NCBI GenBank assembly: GCA_038896535.1
Contig: JAWACY010000002.1
Coordinates: forward strand, 91,002-155,001
Source of the DNA: Candidatus Anstonellales archaeon
Lineage (GTDB): Archaea; Micrarchaeota; Micrarchaeia; Anstonellales; J096
DNA length: 64,000 nt
Reading direction: 5' to 3'
Made by a program: the position numbers and the translations under genes. The notes beneath the pieces were generated by a model. It was not told the DNA's origin, did no database searches, and saw only the letters and a list, made by a program, of their open reading frames with translations. Below are positions 20,801 through 29,700 of this stretch, one piece after another (the stretch's first letter is position 1; each line of letters starts with the position of its first letter).

Positions 20801-20985
20801 CCATTATAGGTTATCTTACCATCCCTCCCTATTTTATAACCAGCATTTTTCATCTTATTTAAAAGCCAATCATAAACCTTTCTCCATGGTTCTCTCTTGT
20901 ATTCTTGCTTTTTTCTTTGCTCCTCTGCCTTCTCTGCTGTTTCCCTTGTTCGTTGTTCCAGTTTACTTCCTTTTTCTTGCCCCAA
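17881..20985 (-). CDS. Giant orphan protein (1034 aa): beta-rich amphipathic segment plus long helical region
   Basis: TTG start after GGTGG SD; no signal peptide. Confidence 0.8.
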   Translation of the reverse strand: MGQEKGSKLEQRTRETAEKAEEQRKKQEYKREPWRKVYDWLLNKMKNAGYKIGRDGKITYNGKEVVIYDQESRVFVLPIDLLAGPQALAGSGGILLSEGELQKIKELLGGTVYLTKGDLEGLVESLYKSSKNRHANLEDIKNALEEVFINRGTTAITNYYEQRLEAGPRFGVIITPTEKLQPTAGFGVRVEERTIQEIPHPEGRRMQVPTSSSGVAIGAEVPQWNPYVQAEVEEFLAGVSHKFGPYAGITLAPDLLDFRWLAGGKLSLETPAGALNIRSGKFVFTNTQMAAFYILAMYVNNAFSGEYQRDIRARGMIYVETGKSGEIIVYTGEAALEYIKKLGISPLEAAKNVLSSAFDFYKRTAVLADNLLKTEIKIEKTEDLSKHMEIVYKLLIFGDIIRAKGLMERILQALENGKNPLGKNSYVYASLEAFYETLQFASISKLEDISTFGFPPKFIFTLVEQGGEAFKKAWDIIRGQREKEIKELEEEKKQWISYSFYNGDEARKTLREKIAEKMRERYVRLNKLVNLNTLKPEQIREMAAIITYLSTKIDIRNPSSPVFYLSGDMKESDVVEVLVKAVEKLSGISNIEKFKKDVGALIYERKWNYTGDVISALSYSVRRILALAKTYGVSIEEAADYIKLDYRALIDFMFFKVNYGSAAPFMEIKTGIAESFATKFGLDKDNVISKIDNRFREIVKQQYEDEKKARVPLLSPFLSLLGIKEPFTPFHYRFYFNGEQVSLHDFLSKYDSGTINNYINELEKLNNEALEKTKDRINELKEEERRLIEKLKKFNLSERAKYHVLLEISKIRSEIRNAYLSYFEDVLTVLRNLEPIIYYYTPLLEVEDGKLAKEILGESEYEALKKLLGNEGEITRLFNDLYKKLEPTQEQKEAEKEQTEFSSIKKVINLYTSIVNNPLGYIKAVGGKIGQDGVESYFLLVPDSYEAQFLKTAQEMATKKTTSQEFKNQMRDDINDLYNMPGLCFRDFSGRYEEYFNFLRVSAPSIFREQSEQKTFDKLIEDLKALEKKLEEEK

Positions 20986-21038
20986 TATCCCACCATTTAT
21001 TTATTAAAATATTCATTTCCTCGGCATGTGCACAATCA

Positions 21039-24000
21039 TTACCTAGTAGCCTTCAGTTTTGAGATCCTAAAAATGGCATCAAAATATGCTTTCACTACCT
21101 CTCCTGTTCTTTGAATGTTCAGTGCTATGTCGCCCCCATATTGACTTATTTCTGCGGGCCATGTCTCTGATATTGCCATACTACCATACACAACAATTCC
21201 TTGGAGCAGTTCATTACTTAGATCTTTACCAATAACTGTGGCTCTATACACACCACTACCAAGACGCCATGTCTCATCACTTATATTATTAAAAACAATC
21301 TCACCATTCTTGATGCTATAATTTATCTCTCTTACTTCATTGTTGAAAGTAAAATCCCCCCTTACACCAGTGCCACCTGGAGTCATGCCTGGCCCACCTA
21401 TATCATGAGTATAAACACCAGTTGCAAGCCAACTTTTATATTTACTGATCTGCCCAATAATAATATCTTCCCTTTCTTTATTTTTTATCTTTACTCCCTC
21501 GCTCGTTTTAACTCTCTCGCCAAAAGCAAGTTGAACATTTGTAACTCTTCTAAGACCAGTTAGATATGTGTTAACTAAATTAAATGTGCCTGTCATTCTT
21601 CTGGCTATTAACTCATCTGCCTTTTCTCCTCCTGCTCCTACATATTGTGTCCCCCCTGTTCCGAAAAATAGCCACTTATTATCTTCTCCTGCAAGAAAGC
21701 CAAGCCACCCACTTGTAGCATCTTTTTGCCCCTTAGCTATATCTATATTTGTTCCTATTAATAACTTACCACTAACAAACTTCGCCTCTAATCTCCCCTC
21801 TAATGCTCCGCCTGTTATTGTTATCCTCTCCTTGCCATTAATTGTTTTGCCGTTTAAATTTTTTAAAACCGCTTCTCCTGTCTTTAAAGGCCCTAAATTT
21901 CTTGTCCACCCACCTAAAACAATAAGCCTCCCTTCTTGGTTTGGGGCAAGAGCAACAATTGCTGATATCTTATTCTTATCATCAAATTCAACATGCACAA
22001 AAGCATGCCTAACCTCCAAATCCTCTATTTTCTCTCTTCCAATACCAGCAATAGCATTAATGGTTTCTGTATCTAAACCTGCGTATGAAAGAAATTGCAA
22101 AACAGTCTTAGGATCTCCTTCTTTTTCTCCATTAACTATCAAAAGGTAATCCCTTAAAAAATACGTAAGAGCTGCTTGTAAACGCCTCCTCCCCTCATTA
22201 AAGTTGTTTATAATACCAAATTGAAAATCAGTACCAAAACTTTGAAGAGTTTCTATTTGTTTTTTTAATAGTGGATCACCTAGATCCTCATTTATTGTTC
22301 TCACAGAATACCCTAATGCTGCTAAAGCAATTGGTGCATTCCTGTATGGATTTGTATATTGAAATTGTGCTCCATATTCTAACTGTACTTTTTTAGGTGT
22401 CCAATGCTTAGTGACTTTATCAACAAAACCTTTTGCTTCCCAATTTGTTGTTCCTGGGGGCGCACTTATCCCACTAATATATACGCCCCGTCTTCCCATT
22501 ACGTCATAAATTTTACCTACGAAGATACTATAATTCCTTTGATCAAGATAGGATAAACCACCTAAGCCACCACCACCAATTGGTAAGTTCTGCCCAATTA
22601 AAAAACCGCCCCATTGATTAACCTGAAGTGCTGGGGCTGCTACAAAACCATCAATACTTGGTTTATTATGCAAGGCTATAACAAGACCATCTAGACTAGC
22701 CAGAGTTGTTCCCTTTGTTTCTCTTCCTCCTTGCACACCAGTTTCAATCACCAATCCCTGCGCCTTTGCCAAATTCCCCTCCTTTGCCTTTTCCCTTACC
22801 CCTAAGTTATTAAGATAATTTATATACTCCTTTGCTTGTTCTTGTGGTACATAAAAGTATCCTGCTTCTGCATAAGTTCCATTTGGTTGTCTATAAAAAA
22901 TTCTTGCTTTATACTCTCCTTTCTCTATTTCCCCTCCTTTTGTTTTTTCGAAAACAAGGCCAGTTTCAACACCAGTCGGTAATAATAAATTCAACTTGTC
23001 CAAAGTTGTTAATTCTTTTGGCCCTTTATAAGATGCGTTGGCTTCAACAGTCCACAAAGTATTCCCGTCGTTGAGATTCACTCTTTTAAATCTTCCCTCT
23101 GCTATTGTTACTGCCCCCGAATCACTTGAGCCCCCGCCACCACTCAACTCAGCTTCTGTTCTGGTTATGCCTGGAAAGGCCCGTTGAATGTAGCTAAGTC
23201 TTCCGCTGAAATATCTACTCCATTGTCCCTCGCCATTTCTTTCCGCTCTGTAAGTACCGCCAAACGTTCCTTCAATAACTTTAAATGTCAGAGGTCCTTC
23301 AATTGGCAAATACTTGCTCAATATCTTGTTTAATTTACTATAATCAAATGTAAAATAAGGCAAGATTAATTGCAATGCTGGTGTGGTTAAATTAAATTCC
23401 AACATTTCTCCGTTTTCTATTGTTTTTCTGAGTTCTTCAAATGTTTTTGGTAGTGCAGTTGGTATTTCGCCAGGAAGAAGATAACCATGAAGAGAATTAT
23501 ACACGGTTCTTGGAAGGTTGATATTGATCTTTAAATCTGGTATATTTACAGTAAAACCTTGTTGTTCTGTTTGTGTTATTTTTATTTTAAAAGTTTCTAA
23601 GCCAGTAGTCTGGTCTCTTTCAACTTTAAGATTTTCCATTTTTATATCTTGAATGGTTGGAAATATTTTATTTAATTCAGTTCCGACTTCACGCAGAAAA
23701 TTTATTGCGCCTGCTGTATAATTACTTTCATATAATGCCTGCGCACTACCTAAAATCAAAGACAACCCATGGCTAAGTATCTCAGTGTTGCCTTGTTTGC
23801 TTACAAAGGGCGTTAGATAAACTGCAGCAGCAAAATGCAGCTCAGGGCGTATCATAGAAAGATTCTCAATAAAAATCCTTAATTTTTCTCCTTCTACTGT
23901 CTTAAGAAATTCTCTAATTTTACTCATCGTTATACGTTCAGGGTCTCCGCCAAGCAAGGAAGCGGCATGCTTGGCTATATAAATTTGTGCGTAGTAATTA

Positions 24001-24833
24001 AGTAGCGCGAACTGTTTCTGTGTTGTCGTATTAGATCCTAAGGCCTCAAAGAATTTATTTCTAATTTCTAAATCTTTTGCCAAATTTTCATCACCATAGG
24101 GCAATATGAATTTTCTCAGTTCTGCCATTTGTTTCTCATTTTCAATTTCAATTTTGCCGTCATAATAAGCAAAAATGTCAGCTATAGCAGTTTGTCTTCT
24201 TCCATAAAATGTTGATAGAATTCTATGGAACAGCGTTCTTGTATCAAGATTGAGATTACTCAAAAGATCTTCGAAATCCTTGAGATCTCCATCTTTCCTT
24301 TTAATCTTTTCTTCTAGAACTTTCTCTAATTTTTCTCCTAATAGCCTTTTGTATTTAGTTTCAAGTTTTTTTAGGTTACCCCAAACTTCTTCTAATCTCT
24401 TTATAAAATCATCAATCTTTCCTCTTACAGTTTTTGCGTCTGCATCGGGGGGAATATTTAGAAAACAATCCGCATAAGCATCCTCTATTATTTTAGCCTG
24501 GGAGGTTAATTCATTTAATAATTTCTTATATTCTTGTATGAGCTCCCTTTCCTTCTCTGAAAAAAAGTCTAGATTAAGTTTACTTAAATATTGAACAAAC
24601 TCATTTAATGTTCTGTAGTTCAAGGCGTATTGGGTATATTTAGGCACTTCTTCCTCTATTTTCTGTGGAGCCTTCATATTAAATAGAAGCGTTAAACCCA
24701 TTACTACGCTCTCTCTTTGCTTCTGCGCCTCATTTGCTGTTTCTATTGCTCTTCTTTTTCCTTCTGTTAGTTCTTCTGTTAGTTGTGGTGTTTCTTTTTT
24801 TCCGACCGGACTTTTTTCTTGTGTGGCTGGCAT
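21039..24833 (-). CDS. Giant orphan protein (1264 aa): helical N-terminal part plus long Gly/aromatic beta-strand C-terminal part
   Basis: Uninterrupted ORF with its own TTTAAA about 22 nt upstream. Confidence 0.8.
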   Translation of the reverse strand: MPATQEKSPVGKKETPQLTEELTEGKRRAIETANEAQKQRESVVMGLTLLFNMKAPQKIEEEVPKYTQYALNYRTLNEFVQYLSKLNLDFFSEKERELIQEYKKLLNELTSQAKIIEDAYADCFLNIPPDADAKTVRGKIDDFIKRLEEVWGNLKKLETKYKRLLGEKLEKVLEEKIKRKDGDLKDFEDLLSNLNLDTRTLFHRILSTFYGRRQTAIADIFAYYDGKIEIENEKQMAELRKFILPYGDENLAKDLEIRNKFFEALGSNTTTQKQFALLNYYAQIYIAKHAASLLGGDPERITMSKIREFLKTVEGEKLRIFIENLSMIRPELHFAAAVYLTPFVSKQGNTEILSHGLSLILGSAQALYESNYTAGAINFLREVGTELNKIFPTIQDIKMENLKVERDQTTGLETFKIKITQTEQQGFTVNIPDLKININLPRTVYNSLHGYLLPGEIPTALPKTFEELRKTIENGEMLEFNLTTPALQLILPYFTFDYSKLNKILSKYLPIEGPLTFKVIEGTFGGTYRAERNGEGQWSRYFSGRLSYIQRAFPGITRTEAELSGGGGSSDSGAVTIAEGRFKRVNLNDGNTLWTVEANASYKGPKELTTLDKLNLLLPTGVETGLVFEKTKGGEIEKGEYKARIFYRQPNGTYAEAGYFYVPQEQAKEYINYLNNLGVREKAKEGNLAKAQGLVIETGVQGGRETKGTTLASLDGLVIALHNKPSIDGFVAAPALQVNQWGGFLIGQNLPIGGGGLGGLSYLDQRNYSIFVGKIYDVMGRRGVYISGISAPPGTTNWEAKGFVDKVTKHWTPKKVQLEYGAQFQYTNPYRNAPIALAALGYSVRTINEDLGDPLLKKQIETLQSFGTDFQFGIINNFNEGRRRLQAALTYFLRDYLLIVNGEKEGDPKTVLQFLSYAGLDTETINAIAGIGREKIEDLEVRHAFVHVEFDDKNKISAIVALAPNQEGRLIVLGGWTRNLGPLKTGEAVLKNLNGKTINGKERITITGGALEGRLEAKFVSGKLLIGTNIDIAKGQKDATSGWLGFLAGEDNKWLFFGTGGTQYVGAGGEKADELIARRMTGTFNLVNTYLTGLRRVTNVQLAFGERVKTSEGVKIKNKEREDIIIGQISKYKSWLATGVYTHDIGGPGMTPGGTGVRGDFTFNNEVREINYSIKNGEIVFNNISDETWRLGSGVYRATVIGKDLSNELLQGIVVYGSMAISETWPAEISQYGGDIALNIQRTGEVVKAYFDAIFRISKLKATR

Positions 24834-24863
24834 AGAAAAATTTGAATAAATGAGTTTAAAAAT

Positions 24864-26711
24864 CTATATGAAATACTTGCAAGGAGAATTTAAAAGCGTT
24901 AGATTAATATCGCACTTATAGTCTAATTCTTTCGTTGCTCCGCCTATATTTCTTTGCACATTTTCTATTGTTAAATTAATTGTATAACTCTTTTTTTCGT
25001 CTTCACGCATATTATTAAAACCGTCCCTTGATGCTGTGGCATTAAATAGCATATAAGCTTGTTTTGGTTGAGATGTAGTCGTGTCGTTAACAATACTTAT
25101 TAATGCTGATAATTCAGCCAATAAATCACTGCCATCTTTAACCCCATACTTAGGAGCATTATCACAGCTCAAATATCTGTTTTGAGATATGTCAAAACCG
25201 CAAAATATATAACTGTATTTAAGAGTGCCGGGCAGCAATATAACTTTAACCGGCTGAGGAGAGCAAGCCAAAGATCCCATGCAATAAAACACCCTACTCT
25301 TATTGTTATCATCCTCATTGCTTTCAGCTATACTATTTTCAGGATCAGCACTCGTATTTACCTCTATTATTTTAAATTCATCTTCGCATATTAAATTGAA
25401 TTTTACTATATTATTATCTGGTGATAGCTCATATTTATCCTCTATTATTGTGCTTTGTGTTTGTGTTGTTTCTTTAATTTTCAATGATAAATTTGCTTTT
25501 CCTTGTGGCGGGAAATTTTCAAAAATAATCGATGCATTACACTCATAACTTCTGCCTTGGCCTATTTCATTGCCATTAAATGGGCATGATATGTCTGATT
25601 TTAAGTTTGGTGTCAATATATTTACTGTTATTTGTGTAGTTATTGTATAACCACTACACCCAGATTCTAATGATTGAATTGTAACATTAAATGTCAGGCT
25701 TGCTGGCATTGGTTGATTGCCATTATAATTTAAATCCCCTGTTACATCAGCACTACTGCCACTAGCTATTTCCACCTGATTATCAAGAGAAAAAGCGAAA
25801 TTATTATCATTAGGCACTACAGATATAACTTTTATCTTCTCTTCTCCATTATTTGTGACTTTTATTGTAACTTTTGTAGGGTTTCCAGTATATACAATTC
25901 CATTACTTGATAACTGAACATTTATTAATTTACAATATGGCACATTAACCGGCAAGCTTATTGAGTAAGCATCTGTAGGTTGCCTGAAATATCTTATTCC
26001 TTCCCTAAAAGAAAAATAAGTATCATTCATATCAACAAGTAAGACACAAAAATAATTGGCATTTGCATTTATTGAATTTGGATTATTACTTATTGTGAAA
26101 GTTTTGGCAAAACTATTGCCTGATTCGCCACTTATAGATTGATAATAATTGTTAACAGATATATCCCCATGACAATACATTACTGCTGAACCATTTGAGA
26201 CTTTCCAGTTATTATCATTATTATAATATTTAACATTTACTTGCCTCCCGTTTGAAATTGAGAAAGCACATGAACCAGTTTTATTAAAATAATAATAACC
26301 AACGCCATTACCAAAATCTGTTTTACAATTGTTTGATGCGTCGAATGGAAGCGAGCCTTGTTGGATAAAATTTACTGTTAAATTTTGCAATCCGGGCCCA
26401 GTTCCGCCAGTCGAGCCAAATGAAGAGCTTGTTGATGATATTACATCACCAGTAGGCCAAAACTTTAAAGTTAGGTTTGCTAAAACGTTAAATGGTTTAT
26501 TTGGTATTACTTTTTGAACTCTTACACCATTTTGATAAAAATCAACTGAAAAGTTAAATAACCATGAAATTGGAGCAATTAAATCAAAATTAGTTTGTTG
26601 CCCTGAACGAGGAGCATTTCCTGCCTTATATAAGTCACTTCCAGATTGTGATGTTTGTGCACTAAAAACAATTGTTAAAATTAAAAATAAAAAAAATATT
26701 TTTTTTATCAT
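24864..26711 (-). CDS. Secreted Cys-rich surface glycoprotein with Ig-like/CARDB domains
   Basis: Signal peptide MIKKIFFLFLILTIVFSA; VTIKVTNNG Ig-like strand; CARDB-like DP.N.I.E.NE.DN; many N-x-S/T sequons. Confidence 0.78.
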   Translation of the reverse strand: MIKKIFFLFLILTIVFSAQTSQSGSDLYKAGNAPRSGQQTNFDLIAPISWLFNFSVDFYQNGVRVQKVIPNKPFNVLANLTLKFWPTGDVISSTSSSFGSTGGTGPGLQNLTVNFIQQGSLPFDASNNCKTDFGNGVGYYYFNKTGSCAFSISNGRQVNVKYYNNDNNWKVSNGSAVMYCHGDISVNNYYQSISGESGNSFAKTFTISNNPNSINANANYFCVLLVDMNDTYFSFREGIRYFRQPTDAYSISLPVNVPYCKLINVQLSSNGIVYTGNPTKVTIKVTNNGEEKIKVISVVPNDNNFAFSLDNQVEIASGSSADVTGDLNYNGNQPMPASLTFNVTIQSLESGCSGYTITTQITVNILTPNLKSDISCPFNGNEIGQGRSYECNASIIFENFPPQGKANLSLKIKETTQTQSTIIEDKYELSPDNNIVKFNLICEDEFKIIEVNTSADPENSIAESNEDDNNKSRVFYCMGSLACSPQPVKVILLPGTLKYSYIFCGFDISQNRYLSCDNAPKYGVKDGSDLLAELSALISIVNDTTTSQPKQAYMLFNATASRDGFNNMREDEKKSYTINLTIENVQRNIGGATKELDYKCDINLTLLNSPCKYFI

Positions 26712-26723
26712 TTTTTCACTTTA

Positions 26724-29700
26724 TTATGTAGATTCAGCATTCTTAAATAATTCTTCTGCCATTTCTTCTGGATCTCTTGTTATTGTTCTCCCCCATGCAT
26801 CTACATCTTCTGTTCTTAAACCTATCTGTTCTAAAAGCCAATTAACTGCCCTCTCTGCTCCAGACACAATAACTGTAAGTATTGGGACAAAGTAAGGGCC
26901 TACTTGAATAACAGAAATGCTAGGGTTAACAGACCAGTTCTCTCGCTCATAACTAACTGTATAAGTATTTATTAATCCCACTGATGGAATTGGGCTCCTT
27001 GCCCAAGATAAACCAAATTTTCCACCGCCAATTGCATAACTAGCTCCTGCTCCCCACATTAAACCGGCGCTGCTAAAACCAACAAATGGAGAAACAGTTA
27101 AATCTCCTAATCTAACATATGGGGACAGAGCAGCCATTCCATAAATAGCGAGGGCATTAGTTGCACTAGCACTAAGAAGCCAGGCAAGTCCAACATTCTC
27201 ATTCCCAAATATTGGGAATGCAGTACTTATTCCAACTCCGGGATTTACAAATTTTCCATTAACAAACATAATTTGTGGCTGAATAGTAAATGGCCCCTCA
27301 CGAAACTCTAAGCCAACAATTGCTGTCCTTCTCAATCTATCAGCAAATAATTTTTGCTTTTCTTTTAATGTTAATTCTCTTGGCCTCTGCTCTCTTACCT
27401 CTTTTATTATTGGTTTAATCTTCTCTTGGTCTTTTTTATCAAATTCAAGCCCGCCTAATTTCTGGCCATTACTGTCTTTTACTTCAATAAATATTTTATC
27501 ATTTGTTTCTGTTACTGTATAATTATAATTCCTAAGATTGTGAGCCACATTTTTAAGTCCTTCTTTTGTATTTTCTCCTATATTAGGTATCTGATCGATC
27601 TGATCATCGGTTGGCACATTAACGACCCAATTACCATTTTGCTTCGTGAGAGTTAAATTTTGCTGTAATTTCTTTATTGCTTCTTCAGCAAGGTTGCCGC
27701 CTACATCAGAAGGTAATATTGAACGAAATTCCGTCAAAGATATTTCATAACCAACAACTTCTGTTCTTATTATTGATTCCGTTGCTGTTGTTGGTAGGCT
27801 AACTACTGGCACAACTGGAAGGAGTGTTAAGTCTGGCTTTCTTGGCTGAATAAAAATTGGTGTTCCTACATTATCTATCATACCATAAAATTCTACTTTT
27901 GGCAGTTGCGGAGCTCTACTAACACTTTCTGAAGGAACAGGCATAGTTATAGAAAATTCTCCTCCCCACCTTGAAACGCTGCCATAACCAAGCTCAACAT
28001 CGCCATTCAATACAAAATAGTTGCGCCATATAAGTGCATCTTTTTTGTTATCCTCTTCTTTTTCATTCTTTTGTGATAGCATTAAAATTGCCATACTGGC
28101 ACTTGATGCCATTATTATATTTTCTCTATCATTTTCTGGTGTCAGGACAAGCCTATCATTTTTCGTTACTAATATATCATCTTTTGCGGCTGCGTTAACT
28201 GTTACATTCCCTCTATTATCAACATTAACTCTATAAACTGTTATTCTTTCACCATTTGGCTTTAAGATATCTATGTTATAAGTTCCGGGCTTTAAATTTT
28301 TTGCTTTAATTGTCTCTTGAATATTTTCAATCTTTTGTTGACTGCCAAACACATTTCTGTTTATATTGATGCCTTCTGTTGCTTTTTGCCATCCAGCTAT
28401 CCAATTTTGAGCATTAAATGCATTTCCAACCAGATCTTCAAATGGATATTCAACTGCCTGTATTGCAAACAAAACTGCTGCAGCATCTTCAACCGATATT
28501 TTATTACTAAGGCCAAGTTCTTGTATCAATTTTCTTGCACTATCTCTTAAGTTATTCTTTTCTGTATCAGACATGGAATCAAAAATCCTTTGTGTATTAT
28601 TCAGAAAGTAATCAAAAACCGCGTTATATCTCCTCCTATATACTTCATTAGCTTCTTCGCTTACATAACCAAAATACCTTCTTATAACAAATTCTTTTAG
28701 GCCATTCAAATCATTTACTCTGCTGCCTTTAGCATATTTAACAATCCAAGCAACAGATGGATAATAGCCAAGAAATTCTTGGCTGTATTCATAACTTGCT
28801 GTTATACTATAACCTTTACCTTTCTTCTTTTCTCCTGCTGGTTTATAATATACTCTTGTCTCTGTTGCCCCTTGTGGTGGTTGTGGCTGCAGTGGTGATT
28901 CAGGTGGTTTTTGTTCAACTTCAACATACTTAACCGGTAGCTTTGGTTGTATGCTTTCTACAAGTTTTAGAATACGCAAACCCTGCTTTTGCTCTTCTGA
29001 TCCTTTAGCAAAATATTCGTTTTTATTAAGCTCTTCATTAAAAGCAGAAATCTCATTATCGGTTTTTAAATGCTCCTTTATAATATTAAGCACATCGACC
29101 TTTTCATTATCAGGCAACTGCTTATTCATAATTTGTATTAATGCTATTCTCCTGATTAAAGGCTCTAAAAACAAGGGCATAAAATCTTCTTCTATCCCTA
29201 CTCTTTTTGCCAGTGAAACAAGCTCACTCCTTATATCATTATCCTCTTTCTTTAACTGTTCTATCTGTGCAATAACATCTTTTAGATTAACATTATTCTT
29301 CAACATAAATACAACATCATTTATATCATAACCATAATCCCATAATAAACTTTTTACATCTTCCTCATTATTTTCATTGATAGTAATATTTTTTTGTTTT
29401 AATTTTTCTTTTATTTGCTGCCACACAACATCTGACCATTTTTCTTTTATTTTGTCTTCCAGATATTCGTTAAAATCTCTATACTTCATGCTTCTTAAGT
29501 TAATACTTTTTTCATACCAGTCTTCATCCAAAAGTTCAGCAACAAATGATAAATATTCATCCGCTGTCATTGAATTCATTATTTGAGTCAAAAAATTTTG
29601 CCTTCTCATAGAAACAATTGAAAATGCTTCTCTATCCCCTGCACTTCTATATGATAATCTTTCTTGAATAAGAATTAAAGCAAATTGGTTTGCAACTGTC

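Noticed and set aside
20995-21040. Possible second box C/D sRNA on the minus strand (ATGATTG...CCGA...ATGAAT)
   Set aside because: Boxes are degenerate, the guide is short and there is no terminal D box
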